A stretch of 64,000 bases of DNA from a virus. Positions 1-9,121 of the stretch are shown in pieces (within the stretch, counting starts at the first letter, position 1; every line of letters starts with the position of its first letter). The stretch covers positions 1 through 64,000 of IMG/VR virus record IMGVR_UViG_3300044833_000182. One strand, given 5' to 3'. The position numbers were made by a program, and so were the translations under genes. The notes below the pieces were generated by a model. It ran no database searches. It was not told where the DNA came from and worked only from the letters and a program-made list of their open reading frames with translations.

Positions 1-424
1 TGGAATCCGGGGGACGTGGGACAGTAGCGAGCAGAGGCTCCCTTTCGACGCGGTCGCCGTGAATGCGGGAGAGTCGCCGACCTTGACACGCTGGCCGGAC
101 GGGAAAACCTCGAAGGAGCGGTTTGTCAACCTGCGGGCGGAGATGTGGTGGACGTTGCGGGCTCGGTTCGAGCGGACGTGGGAGCATGTGAACGATCTTG
201 CCGTTCACCCGCTTGAAGACTTGATATCGATACCGAACCATCCGCAGTTGATTGCGGAGCTGTCGCTGCCGTTGTACCACCGCAAGGACAACGGCAAGGT
301 GCAGGTCGAGAGCAAGAAGGCCATGCGAGAGCGAGGCATAAAGAGCCCGGACTTCGCCGACGCGCTCTGTCTGGCGTTCTGTCCCGTTGTACGCCGGGAA
401 GCAATGGCGGCGATGTTGAGCTGA
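1..424 (+). CDS. Terminase large subunit, C-terminal part (5' truncated)
   Basis: F.NLRAEMWW...LIAELS...VESKKAMRERGIKSPDFADAL nuclease-domain motif; upstream of portal. Confidence 0.85.
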   Translation, partial: GIRGTWDSSEQRLPFDAVAVNAGESPTLTRWPDGKTSKERFVNLRAEMWWTLRARFERTWEHVNDLAVHPLEDLISIPNHPQLIAELSLPLYHRKDNGKVQVESKKAMRERGIKSPDFADALCLAFCPVVRREAMAAMLS

Positions 425-441
425 ACCGGGAGGAAAGGAGC

Positions 442-633
442 ATGTACGACGAAGCAGAAATCGGCCTGTCCAACGCCTACAAGATGAATAGGCACCGGCG
501 GCATCGAAACGACGTTACACAGGCCAGACGAGACGGTGAGCCTGTCCTGAGTATCTGCGTGAACAGTCCATTGGACAAGAAGCCGTTCGGCCCGCCTCAC
601 GAGGCTTTATACGAACGGCAACACAGCGGGTAG
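442..633 (+). CDS. Hypothetical protein
   Basis: ORF with AAGGAG RBS in operon. Confidence 0.55.
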   Translation: MYDEAEIGLSNAYKMNRHRRHRNDVTQARRDGEPVLSICVNSPLDKKPFGPPHEALYERQHSG

Positions 634-636
634 CTA

Positions 637-846
637 ATGGCCGACAAGCAAAGCAGTTTGTTCGACGTGACGGTGACCGTGAGCGACCTCCTTCCGCGCA
701 CTGTCAAGGACGCCAGCGGCGTGGAGCATGAGTTGCTTGCCGTCATCCTCGACCGGCCCGCCGTCATGCCGCTGGGCTGGGAGATGGAAGAACCTCCGCC
801 GCTGGGCAAAATCACGCTGTTGCTGGGCAATCCTGTGAAGGGATGA
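637..846 (+). CDS. Hypothetical protein; N-terminus resembles portal N-terminus
   Basis: Tightly packed ORF; MADKQSSLF vs portal MADKWSTLF. Confidence 0.6.
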   Translation: MADKQSSLFDVTVTVSDLLPRTVKDASGVEHELLAVILDRPAVMPLGWEMEEPPPLGKITLLLGNPVKG

Positions 847-850
847 ATTA

Positions 851-2338
851 GTGGCCGACAAATGGTCCACCCTGTTCGCACCCAAGGCCGCCAAGGGCGA
901 CATGGCCGGCTCCCCGGCCGACGCGCAGGCCCGCGCCCGCTACCTGGCGAGCCTGCACAGCCCGGCGCCGGCGCAGTGGACCAGCAGCCACCTTGCCGAG
1001 GACATGCGCCTGACGGGCGCGGTGTACGTCGCGGTCAAGGTGCTGTGCGATCAGGCTGCCTCCGCCGAGGCGGGCGTCTTCCGCGTTCCGAAGGGCAAGC
1101 ACGCGGCCGACCCCGACGCCCGCGAGCCTGTCGAGCCCGATCACGCGCTGGCGACCCTGCTCCGCCGCCCCAACACGCAGGAAACAATGGGCGGCCTCCT
1201 GCGACGGATGACGCAGCAGATATCTCTCACGGGGACTGCTCTCGGCTGGCGAGTGGACGACGACTACGAGCCGCGCGAGGTGTGGAGCGTGCCCACGGGA
1301 ACGTATCAGCCCGTCGCCCCGGGTGGGTACTACCCGCAGGGGGCATACCGCATTCAGCCGTACTTCCCCGGGCCGTTCGCCATGATGCCGGGGATGGGAT
1401 TGGGTGGCGTCATCGTCCCGGCGGAGCAGATGATCGCGGCCCGCTACCCGCACCCGCTGCTTCCCGCGCACGAGGGGTATTCGCCATTGAACGCCTGTGC
1501 ATTGCCGCTGGACACGATCGAGATGATCGACCGGTCGCGGGCAAGTCGGGTCAGGAGAGGGGCGAACGTATCGGCGGCTGTGGAACTGGATCCGGGGATG
1601 AGCTGGCCCGACGGCGACGGCATGACGAGGCTTCGCGCGGAGATTCAGCAGTTGCTCGGTGGACCGGACAAGGCGGGTGGGATCGGCATACTTGGTCCGG
1701 GTATGAAACTGAATCAGGTCAGCAGCGACAATGTCGAGGTCGGCTGGATCGAGTCGTGGGGGCAACTGGTGAGCTTTGTCCTGTCGGTCTTCGGCGTGAC
1801 AAAGAGCCTGGCGTTCATGAGCGAGGAAACCACGTTCGCGGCGCTGTACGCAACGCTGAAACAGTTCGACCTGTTCACGCTGTGCCCGCTGCTGCAACTG
1901 ATTGCCGACGCGATCAACATTAGCCTGGTGTGGCCGTTCTACGGCGAGGAGTACTTCGTCGAGCTGAAGCCGAAGAAGATCACTGACGAGGATGCCGTCG
2001 CGAAGAAGGTGCAGCTTGCCGCGTCGGTCGGGGCGATCACGAAGAACGAGGTGCGCATCGCCCTGGACTGGGAACCGACGAAGGAGGCGTGGGGCGAGGA
2101 GCCCGCCGTGGTCGCGAAGGTGTCCGAGAAGGGCGATGTGGACCGCAGCGGCAGCATCGGCGGCGCGGGCGGTCCCGCAGGCGGCGGCAACGGCAAGCCT
2201 CCCGAGGAGCGGGGAGAACCTGCGGAAGTGGCGAAGGGGCGGGACAAGAACCCGCAGGGGCGCGGCAGTCTGGGCGACAGGAAACCGCTGGCAGGCGCTG
2301 GCAAGAGCAACGGTCACGCGGGGGGTGGGCGATGGTGA
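851..2338 (+). CDS. Portal protein (HK97 family)
   Basis: VYVAVKVL, HALATLLRRPN, GYSPL, ITKNEVRIALDWEP motifs; position. Confidence 0.9.
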   Translation: MADKWSTLFAPKAAKGDMAGSPADAQARARYLASLHSPAPAQWTSSHLAEDMRLTGAVYVAVKVLCDQAASAEAGVFRVPKGKHAADPDAREPVEPDHALATLLRRPNTQETMGGLLRRMTQQISLTGTALGWRVDDDYEPREVWSVPTGTYQPVAPGGYYPQGAYRIQPYFPGPFAMMPGMGLGGVIVPAEQMIAARYPHPLLPAHEGYSPLNACALPLDTIEMIDRSRASRVRRGANVSAAVELDPGMSWPDGDGMTRLRAEIQQLLGGPDKAGGIGILGPGMKLNQVSSDNVEVGWIESWGQLVSFVLSVFGVTKSLAFMSEETTFAALYATLKQFDLFTLCPLLQLIADAINISLVWPFYGEEYFVELKPKKITDEDAVAKKVQLAASVGAITKNEVRIALDWEPTKEAWGEEPAVVAKVSEKGDVDRSGSIGGAGGPAGGGNGKPPEERGEPAEVAKGRDKNPQGRGSLGDRKPLAGAGKSNGHAGGGRW

Positions 2339-2345
2339 CGCGGGC

Positions 2346-2450
2346 TTATCGGTTCCGGGGAGGTCGCAGGAACACAGCGAAGCACAGAGCGAAGAGTCCC
2401 ACGGCAAGAGTCCCGTTTGTGGCCACTTGGATGATTTCAGCGGTCGTCAT
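2346..2450 (-). CDS. 34-aa hydrophobic membrane peptide
   Basis: GGAGGAAAAC-ATG RBS; MTTAEIIQVATNGTLAVGLFALCFAVFLRPPRNR. Confidence 0.5.
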   Translation of the reverse strand: MTTAEIIQVATNGTLAVGLFALCFAVFLRPPRNR

Positions 2451-2497
2451 GTTTTCCTCCGAATTGGTGAACTGACATTCTATTCGCGAATGGAGGG

Positions 2498-2650
2498 GTG
2501 ATCTTGAACGACATGGAAATAGACGCGCCGGCGCGGCCTGCTTCGTGGGAGCAGCTGCTGTCGTTCGTGTTGTCGGTGTTCGACGTCCCGGCGGAAGTGT
2601 TTGAGGGAAGAGAGAACGGCAAGATCGTTCAGTCAAAGGACAAACGATGA
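2498..2650 (+). CDS. 50-aa protein containing a portal-like segment (not in ORF track)
   Basis: GGAGGG-GTG start, stop overlaps ATG of 2647 (ATGA); SWEQLLSFVLSVFDV. Confidence 0.55.
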   Translation: MILNDMEIDAPARPASWEQLLSFVLSVFDVPAEVFEGRENGKIVQSKDKR

Positions 2651-2958
2651 TCGCGTATCGCTGGAAAGCAAACGTTCTCGCTGGCGTCGGCGGCGCTGCC
2701 GAAGAGTACGCCGTCGAGATGAACCTCCCCGGCGAGGACTGGAGTAGCAAGAGCGCCGCGGCGTATGTTACCGCCGAGTTCCGCCGGCGACTGGATCGGC
2801 TGGTGGGCGAGCAGCACGGCGGCGGCGTGGAGTACCGGATTGAAGCAGTCGAGGCGCTGGGCGGCGCGCCGCCGCTGTCGCCGTTTCAGGGGGTCAGCGA
2901 CGATCCCTTGCCGAACGAGGGCAAGGGCGTCGGCCCGTGGCACCATACGAAAGGATGA
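2647..2958 (+). CDS. Hypothetical protein
   Basis: Coupled ORF. Confidence 0.6.
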   Translation: MIAYRWKANVLAGVGGAAEEYAVEMNLPGEDWSSKSAAAYVTAEFRRRLDRLVGEQHGGGVEYRIEAVEALGGAPPLSPFQGVSDDPLPNEGKGVGPWHHTKG

Positions 2959-2964
2959 AGGTCC

Positions 2965-3678
2965 ATGCTTACTTTGGCCAGCGGACAGGTTGCGGCGGCA
3001 GATGCTCCCGTGTACACGGTTGGCGCAGGCGTCAGCATCGTCTCTGCCATCTTCGATAACACCTCGGGTAGCACAACCGAGACTGTCGTCGTCAAACTGG
3101 TCGCCCTGGGCGCAACGGCGCGTCGCGTCGCCCGCGCCGTGCTCGCCCCCAACGAGCAACTGCTGATCCAGGGTTTGCCCATGTCGCCCGGGGACGTGCT
3201 GTCGGCGACGACCACGGACGCGACGACGGTGGACTACACCGTCTTCAGCAGCACTGGCGAGTTGCGCATGCAGACGCTCGACGCCAACGGGGCGCTCAAG
3301 GGCACGTCGGCCGGCGTCACGGGCAACCAGAGCGTCGGCGGTAAGCTGACGGCAAAACTGGTGGAGGTCGGCCCGCAGCCGGCCGACGTGTACGCGGCGA
3401 CGATGACCATTGACGTGACGTATGGGCTGCACATCGTCTCGGCAGTCAGCGGCACGTCGGCGACTTGCGCCATGACGCCATCCGCTGCCGGAACCGCCGG
3501 CGACGAGGTCACGATTGTCACCGAGGCCGATGCGTCCGGTACGGTGACGACTACTTACGCCTCGACGTTCCACTCCAGCGGCACACAGGCGACCACGGCG
3601 AGCCACAGCAGCAGCGTCACGTTCGTCAGTGACGGAGTAAAGTGGGTCGAGAAGTGCCGCACGACCAACCTGGCATAA
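2965..3678 (+). CDS. Thr/Ala/Val-rich putative virion protein
   Basis: Beta-rich composition, head region. Confidence 0.55.
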   Translation: MLTLASGQVAAADAPVYTVGAGVSIVSAIFDNTSGSTTETVVVKLVALGATARRVARAVLAPNEQLLIQGLPMSPGDVLSATTTDATTVDYTVFSSTGELRMQTLDANGALKGTSAGVTGNQSVGGKLTAKLVEVGPQPADVYAATMTIDVTYGLHIVSAVSGTSATCAMTPSAAGTAGDEVTIVTEADASGTVTTTYASTFHSSGTQATTASHSSSVTFVSDGVKWVEKCRTTNLA

Positions 3679-3689
3679 GAGGACAGTTC

Positions 3690-4046
3690 ATGATCCTTGC
3701 ACTGATCGATGTATCCCCGGCCGACCACGACGGCCGCACAAACCTGATCGCGAACCTGGAGCACGTCCAGACGATCACGCTGGAGGCTGACGGCCGACTG
3801 CTGCTGGCCATGACGGACGGGACGAAACTTCTGGCCGAACGCACCGAGGGGACGTGTGCGGTTCTCAACCGAGCGTGCAACGGCATTCAGGCGCAGTCCC
3901 GGCTGACGCCGCCGAAGGCGAAGGACGCGCCGAAGGATGGGCCGAAGGCCGACGCGAAGCCGGAACCCGTCCCGCCGCAATCGCCGCCGACCCCGGCGCC
4001 CGTACCGCACGCGCCGCCCCAGAGGCCCGCGAAGACGAAGGAGTAA
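3690..4046 (+). CDS. Hypothetical protein, Pro-rich C-terminus
   Basis: GAGGA RBS, ATG at 3690. Confidence 0.6.
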   Translation: MILALIDVSPADHDGRTNLIANLEHVQTITLEADGRLLLAMTDGTKLLAERTEGTCAVLNRACNGIQAQSRLTPPKAKDAPKDGPKADAKPEPVPPQSPPTPAPVPHAPPQRPAKTKE

Positions 4047-4049
4047 TCC

Positions 4050-4256
4050 GTGGCTGATACTGAGGCATATCTGCCGCCGCCTCCGAGTTACCTTAGCCGA
4101 ATGGAGTACAAACGCGAATTGCGCAACAAGGCCACGAGGTTGTTCCGGGAAAGCGGCGTCCAAGGAATGTACCTGCGAGGCCTCGCAAGATTGGACAAGA
4201 AGCCTTCTCTTGAGGACGGGGAGACAGCTCAGAATTTCGGCAGAGGAAGGCTTTAG
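4050..4256 (+). CDS. Hypothetical protein
   Basis: AAGGAG RBS, GTG start. Confidence 0.55.
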   Translation: MADTEAYLPPPPSYLSRMEYKRELRNKATRLFRESGVQGMYLRGLARLDKKPSLEDGETAQNFGRGRL

Positions 4257-4278
4257 CACCTGACCCAAGGAGTAACCC

Positions 4279-4506
4279 GTGGCTGATGCAAACGACGAAG
4301 CGGCGAAGGTCCAGGCCGCCCGCGAGGACGGCGTCCACGTCCTGACGTACCTGCAAACGCTGTCCCGCGCTTACCCCGGCCGCGTGGAGCCGGGGCTGCT
4401 GGCGTTCTTGGAGGCGGCGAACGGGTGTGCGTTCAGCGGCGAGGTGCTGGCGCGGGAGATGGTGAAGGCGGCGCAGACGCCGCACTTGCAAGCGAAGGCG
4501 GTGTAA
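4279..4506 (+). CDS. Hypothetical protein
   Basis: AAGGAG RBS, GTG start. Confidence 0.6.
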   Translation: MADANDEAAKVQAAREDGVHVLTYLQTLSRAYPGRVEPGLLAFLEAANGCAFSGEVLAREMVKAAQTPHLQAKAV

Positions 4507-4511
4507 GGGCA

Positions 4512-5141
4512 ATGGGCGAACGGCCGCAATACGTCTTGGAGTTGTCCGAGGACCACGTTCAACTGAGCGAGGAAGAGATTGCGCGTCTGCGGGCGGACGC
4601 TACGGACGCGCTGGCCAATCATCAACTGATGCTCCTTCCGCCCGGCATGAAGATGCGCCGCCTCGACGCCGGCGCGCCGCAAGCCCAGATGGACCGGCTC
4701 CTTGCCCTGCTGGCGCTGTCGCCCGAGGAGCGGACCTTTGTCACGTCGGCGTTGACGGGAGGCGACGGGGAGGACTTCTGGCAGGTGTTCGCGGACTACC
4801 TGGAAGAGAAGGGCGTGGCTGGGGCGGAGAGGATCAGGCGGACGGCCCCTGTGAGTGAGCCGGCCGCGCCGACAGTGGAGGTCAGGATGGCGCAGCCGGA
4901 GGAGCGGCGGTTGGGGATCGTTCGTGTAGATCTTTACATCTTGGCTGGCGCGCTTCATTTACCGCAGGCGGCTCGCATCGTCCGGGTGAGCGATCAGGCT
5001 TATTTCTCCTCCGGTCAACTCGGGCTGATGATCCACGACCCGGCTTTACCGGAAACGATGCCAGGAAATCAGGTTCCGGAAGTAACAGCGACGTATCACA
5101 CGGCCGACGACGGCCAGATTGTTGTCGAGTGGAGGCTTTAG
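4512..5141 (+). CDS. Protein with internal TIGR02996-like motif
   Basis: EDFWQVFADYLEEKG resembles the (I/V)YADWLEE.G motif. Confidence 0.5.
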   Translation: MGERPQYVLELSEDHVQLSEEEIARLRADATDALANHQLMLLPPGMKMRRLDAGAPQAQMDRLLALLALSPEERTFVTSALTGGDGEDFWQVFADYLEEKGVAGAERIRRTAPVSEPAAPTVEVRMAQPEERRLGIVRVDLYILAGALHLPQAARIVRVSDQAYFSSGQLGLMIHDPALPETMPGNQVPEVTATYHTADDGQIVVEWRL

Positions 5142-5145
5142 TTCG

Positions 5146-8100
5146 ATGACCCAGCTCCTGACCCGACCCGTGCGCCGCCGCCCGCTGGAGCCTGACGCTC
5201 TGGCGCTGCTGGCCGCGCGCGGATCAAATCAAGGAGACGGGTACTCTTACAAAATCGCTCCCGACGCCTACGCTCTCGACGCTCCCGCGTCGACAGAAGA
5301 TCCGGAGTTCAACGACCGCAGGCAAAGCATCACCTTCCCATTCGCTGCCAGTTTAGGGCGCGATCGCGTGGGCGATTGGCTGGACGTGGAGGGGATCGAC
5401 ACCCGGGCGCATCGTTTGTACCCAGTGGCGGCGCTCGACCATTTCAAATGGATGCGCTGGCCTTTGGGATTGACAGAAGATCCCGATAGTAGAGAATACA
5501 GGGTATGGATTGACGAAGACGCTGGCCTGGCGTGGTGCGAGGTCTTCATCAATTCACACGTCAAGGAGGCAGAGCAGGCTTTCAAGATGTTCCGCTCCAA
5601 GATATTGCGGGCGGGAAGCATCGGGTACAGGCCGCTTCGCGTGTCCAAACTCCCGGCCGATCCAGAGCAAGGGCAGTTGAAGCCGGGACTGACGCTGCAC
5701 GAGGTTGAACTCCTCGAAACAACGCTCGCCGTGTTACCCGCAAACGGCGATGCCGTCAGACGCTGCCTCATGGACGGCATCGAGGGCGAACCCCTCGCTG
5801 CGGGGTTCAAGTCGCTCCTCGCGCCTTTTGCAAGCGCCGCCCCGGAGATGGTTGTCGGCGGCTGGCAAACCAAGGACACGGCCCACAAACCAGCCGGCTC
5901 CTCCGAGGGCGGACAGTTCACCAGCGGCGGAGGGGGCGGCGCAGCGGCAACCACCGGCGCGCAGGCCAAGAAGAAGGAGAAACGCCGCGGCAGCGGCGGC
6001 ACATCAGCCCCCGCGCCTCGCCCGTCGCTCGCCCGTCGCGTAACGAGCGCCCTTGCCCGGCACGCCTCCACCATCGTCAAGGCGGGCCTGGGCGTCCCGA
6101 AGGAGAAACTCGCGGCCCTCTACCTGCACGTCCCGGAGTCGATGCGCGCCCCCGTGGGGAACCTCTGGCACGCAACGCACGCCGTGCTGATGTCCGCGAA
6201 CGCGGCAACGCAGGCGCTGGCCAAGCGGGTGATGGAAGACAAGGGCCTCGACGAGGCGGCAGTAACGAAGCTGGCGTGGCAGTTGGGCGCGGTGGACCTG
6301 GCGTTCCAGGGAACCATGATGGCAACGGCCATTGCGGCCGCCCCCGTGGCCCACGGCCTCGCGCTGGCGGCCAAGGCGGCGAGCTACTGCCCGGTGGCGA
6401 GCGCGGCCTACATCCTCCATGCCAGCGCGTCGCCGGGCAAGGCGATGAAGACGATCAAGAGCGCCTACGCTCTGCTCAAGGAGAAGTTCCTCGACCAGAT
6501 GCGCGGCAGCGCCGCCTTTGCCTGGGGTGCGGTGCGGAACCCGCTCACGTCGGCCGTCACCGTGGGCGCCGGCCACAAGACGGCGGGCGATTGGACGGAC
6601 GAGGGGGCGGCGCTGATCGCGGACGCCTACGCGGCGGCGGCGAACCCGGATATGTGGCTGGCGCTGTTCTCCGCGGCGTTCGACGACGTACGCGACGTGG
6701 CGGAAGCGGTGGAGATGGCGAACGCCTGCGCGGGAGAGGGCGGCTCACTGTCGGGTTCCGACAGTGAGAAGACGTTCCCCGGCAAGGCGGCGGACGGCGA
6801 GGTACACCGCTTTGCCTCGACGCAATTCGATCTTCCCGAGCCGATCCGTTCGCGCGTGCTGGAGCTGGCAGCGAAGATTCCCGACGAGGATCTCGCAGAG
6901 GATGGTCGCGAAGAACGCCCCCACATTACCGCACGCTTCGGGTTGCACGGGGATGACGGCGAGGACGGGGCGGCTGCTGTGCGCGGCGTTGTCGGCGGGT
7001 TCGGCCCGGTCAAGATCCGGCTTGGCGGTAAGTCGATCTTTGCCGGGGACGATTTCGACGTGGTGAAACTGGACGTGGAAGGCGACGATTTGCACCGTCT
7101 GCACGATGCGCTCGGCGACCTGAATCACATCGACACGCACCCGAAGTATCAGCCACACTGTACTTTGGCCTATGTCAAGCCGGGCATGGGCAAGAAGTAC
7201 ATCGGGAAGAGCGGGTTGGAGGGAGAGGAGGTTACTCTCGACAAGCTGGTGTACAGCGACCGCGAGCGGAACGAGACGGAGATTTTGCTGAAGGCCGACG
7301 GCAAGTCCTTCACCCCCTCCACCAAGGACGCCGTTGCCCCCTCGATGTCCGCGGGCGACATGACCACGGGCGGCGCGTTCATCGGCCCGGCGTCCTTCGG
7401 CAGGGGGATTACGCTTCATCGGGGCCGTCCCGCGATCCTGAAGCGCATCCGGCGGAAGAAACCGGGGCTTGCGGTGGGTAAGACGTTCGAGCCGGACGGC
7501 AAGACGGAGACGGCGCACAAACCCGCAGGCAGTCCCGAGGGCGGGCAGTTCACGACGGGAAGCGGAGGAGGCAGTAGCGCGGCTGGCGACGGTGGGAAGA
7601 AGCCGAAGAAGGCCGCGGCGAGCAAGGCGGAACCCGCCCCTCACCCCGGCAGCGTCCACGGCTCGGCCGTGACCGTCAAGCCGAGCAAGGAACGCGCCTG
7701 GGACGGCAAGCCGGCGCCGCTGAAGACGGCGCTCACAAAACAAGAGACTGGACAGGTGGGAGAAGCGGTGGCGCTGGCGTACCTCAAGAGCGTGATGGGC
7801 GCCGCCGACGCCCGGCCGCTGAATCTGGAGATGCCCAACGCGCCCATCGACTTGATCGAGGATCACGCGCCCACAGAAGTCAAGGCTGGACTCGCCGGGA
7901 ACAGCAAGAAAGCCCAGCAATGGCGACTGACGTTCTCCAAGGAGAGCGCGAAGGAAAAGGCGCTGTACGAGACGATGAGCAAGGAGGAGCGGGCGGCGTG
8001 GAACGCTCAGAAGCAGAAGCGCATCAAGGAACGAAAGGACGCGATGGTCAAGGTTCTGGAGAAGCGCACTGGGGGAAAGGTTAAGCCGCGTACACTCACC

Positions 8101-8226
8101 CTGATTGTTAACCCCGACACAAGGACAGCCGACGTGTACCTGTTTGACGGGCTTCATGACAGAATCGGGTGGGCGGGGCCGGAAACTGAAAAAGCCTATC
8201 GCGGATCGGTGAAGTACGATGGATGA
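5146..8226 (+). CDS. Prohead maturation protease fused to helical domain, 2H phosphoesterase and PD-(D/E)xK-like nuclease domain
   Basis: Protease motifs ALDH, GSIGYRP, LLETTLAVLPAN; 2H motifs HIT (6922) and HCT (7156); C-terminal GEAVALAYL...IDL...EVK. Confidence 0.8.
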   Translation: MTQLLTRPVRRRPLEPDALALLAARGSNQGDGYSYKIAPDAYALDAPASTEDPEFNDRRQSITFPFAASLGRDRVGDWLDVEGIDTRAHRLYPVAALDHFKWMRWPLGLTEDPDSREYRVWIDEDAGLAWCEVFINSHVKEAEQAFKMFRSKILRAGSIGYRPLRVSKLPADPEQGQLKPGLTLHEVELLETTLAVLPANGDAVRRCLMDGIEGEPLAAGFKSLLAPFASAAPEMVVGGWQTKDTAHKPAGSSEGGQFTSGGGGGAAATTGAQAKKKEKRRGSGGTSAPAPRPSLARRVTSALARHASTIVKAGLGVPKEKLAALYLHVPESMRAPVGNLWHATHAVLMSANAATQALAKRVMEDKGLDEAAVTKLAWQLGAVDLAFQGTMMATAIAAAPVAHGLALAAKAASYCPVASAAYILHASASPGKAMKTIKSAYALLKEKFLDQMRGSAAFAWGAVRNPLTSAVTVGAGHKTAGDWTDEGAALIADAYAAAANPDMWLALFSAAFDDVRDVAEAVEMANACAGEGGSLSGSDSEKTFPGKAADGEVHRFASTQFDLPEPIRSRVLELAAKIPDEDLAEDGREERPHITARFGLHGDDGEDGAAAVRGVVGGFGPVKIRLGGKSIFAGDDFDVVKLDVEGDDLHRLHDALGDLNHIDTHPKYQPHCTLAYVKPGMGKKYIGKSGLEGEEVTLDKLVYSDRERNETEILLKADGKSFTPSTKDAVAPSMSAGDMTTGGAFIGPASFGRGITLHRGRPAILKRIRRKKPGLAVGKTFEPDGKTETAHKPAGSPEGGQFTTGSGGGSSAAGDGGKKPKKAAASKAEPAPHPGSVHGSAVTVKPSKERAWDGKPAPLKTALTKQETGQVGEAVALAYLKSVMGAADARPLNLEMPNAPIDLIEDHAPTEVKAGLAGNSKKAQQWRLTFSKESAKEKALYETMSKEERAAWNAQKQKRIKERKDAMVKVLEKRTGGKVKPRTLTLIVNPDTRTADVYLFDGLHDRIGWAGPETEKAYRGSVKYDG

Positions 8227-8350
8227 GAAGCTGAAGGCGGAAGTGGAAGACGAGTTTGACGCCTGGCTCGACGAGTACATCGAGAAGTGGGGCGCTGCCG
8301 TCGAGGCGCACCTTGAAGAGATCGACGGGAAGGAGGGCAAGGAACAATGA
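8219..8350 (+). CDS. 43-aa acidic protein, candidate immunity protein (not in ORF track)
   Basis: MDEKLKAEVEDEFDAWLDEYIEKWGAAVEAHLEEIDGKEGKEQ overlaps both neighbours. Confidence 0.65.
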   Translation: MDEKLKAEVEDEFDAWLDEYIEKWGAAVEAHLEEIDGKEGKEQ

Positions 8351-9051
8351 CCGCCGCCGTTGCCGCACCCGAGACCAAGGCCCTCGCCGACGTGTTCAAG
8401 CCGTACCCGTACGACGACGAGCGCATCCCGCACATGGCGCAGTGCCTGGGCAACCTGTACGGCTGCCTTGAACAGTTCGCCTACCACGCCCGGTACATGC
8501 GGCAGTCCGGCGAGAACACGGATGTTCTTGCGTGGCTCGATTCCATCGACCCAGACGCGGAGGCGCTGGCCCGCAAGATTGCCGAGAAGTTCGCCGCAGC
8601 CTACCCCGACCTGGAGCCGCTGCTAAAAGAAGAGATCAATGGCAAAGACTTCAGTCCGTTCACCAAGGTAGTCGCCCTGAAGGAGGAAAAGACCATGCCG
8701 GAGCCTGTGATCCCGCCGGAGCCCAAGCCGCCGGAGAAGCGCGAGGAACCGCCCGAGAAGAAGGAGGAAACCAAGCGCCTTGCCTCCTACCACAAGAAGG
8801 CCATCGAGGGGGCGGCCGACCACCTCGACAAGCTGTCCAGTCATGACGGGCTGGAGGACGAGCACCAGAAGATGTGCTACCACCATGCCAAGGCGCTGGA
8901 GGGCGTGCTGGAGGATGACGAGGAGGGGCGTGGGGAGAAGGACGACGAGGAGATGACGCCGGAGGAAAAGAGCCTGATGCAGAAGGTGCTCGCCAAGCAG
9001 CAGCGTGAGATCGAGGACAACAACAAGATCCTGCAATCGCAGGGCAAGTAA
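8347..9051 (+). CDS. Charged helical protein, possible scaffold
   Basis: Between protease and capsid; E/K rich. Confidence 0.55.
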   Translation: MTAAVAAPETKALADVFKPYPYDDERIPHMAQCLGNLYGCLEQFAYHARYMRQSGENTDVLAWLDSIDPDAEALARKIAEKFAAAYPDLEPLLKEEINGKDFSPFTKVVALKEEKTMPEPVIPPEPKPPEKREEPPEKKEETKRLASYHKKAIEGAADHLDKLSSHDGLEDEHQKMCYHHAKALEGVLEDDEEGRGEKDDEEMTPEEKSLMQKVLAKQQREIEDNNKILQSQGK

Positions 9052-9121
9052 CGGAACGACACGCTCTTCGCGGCCTCGGAAACCGCGCTGGGCAAGGGGC
9101 CGAAACAGAGAAGAGGGCAAC

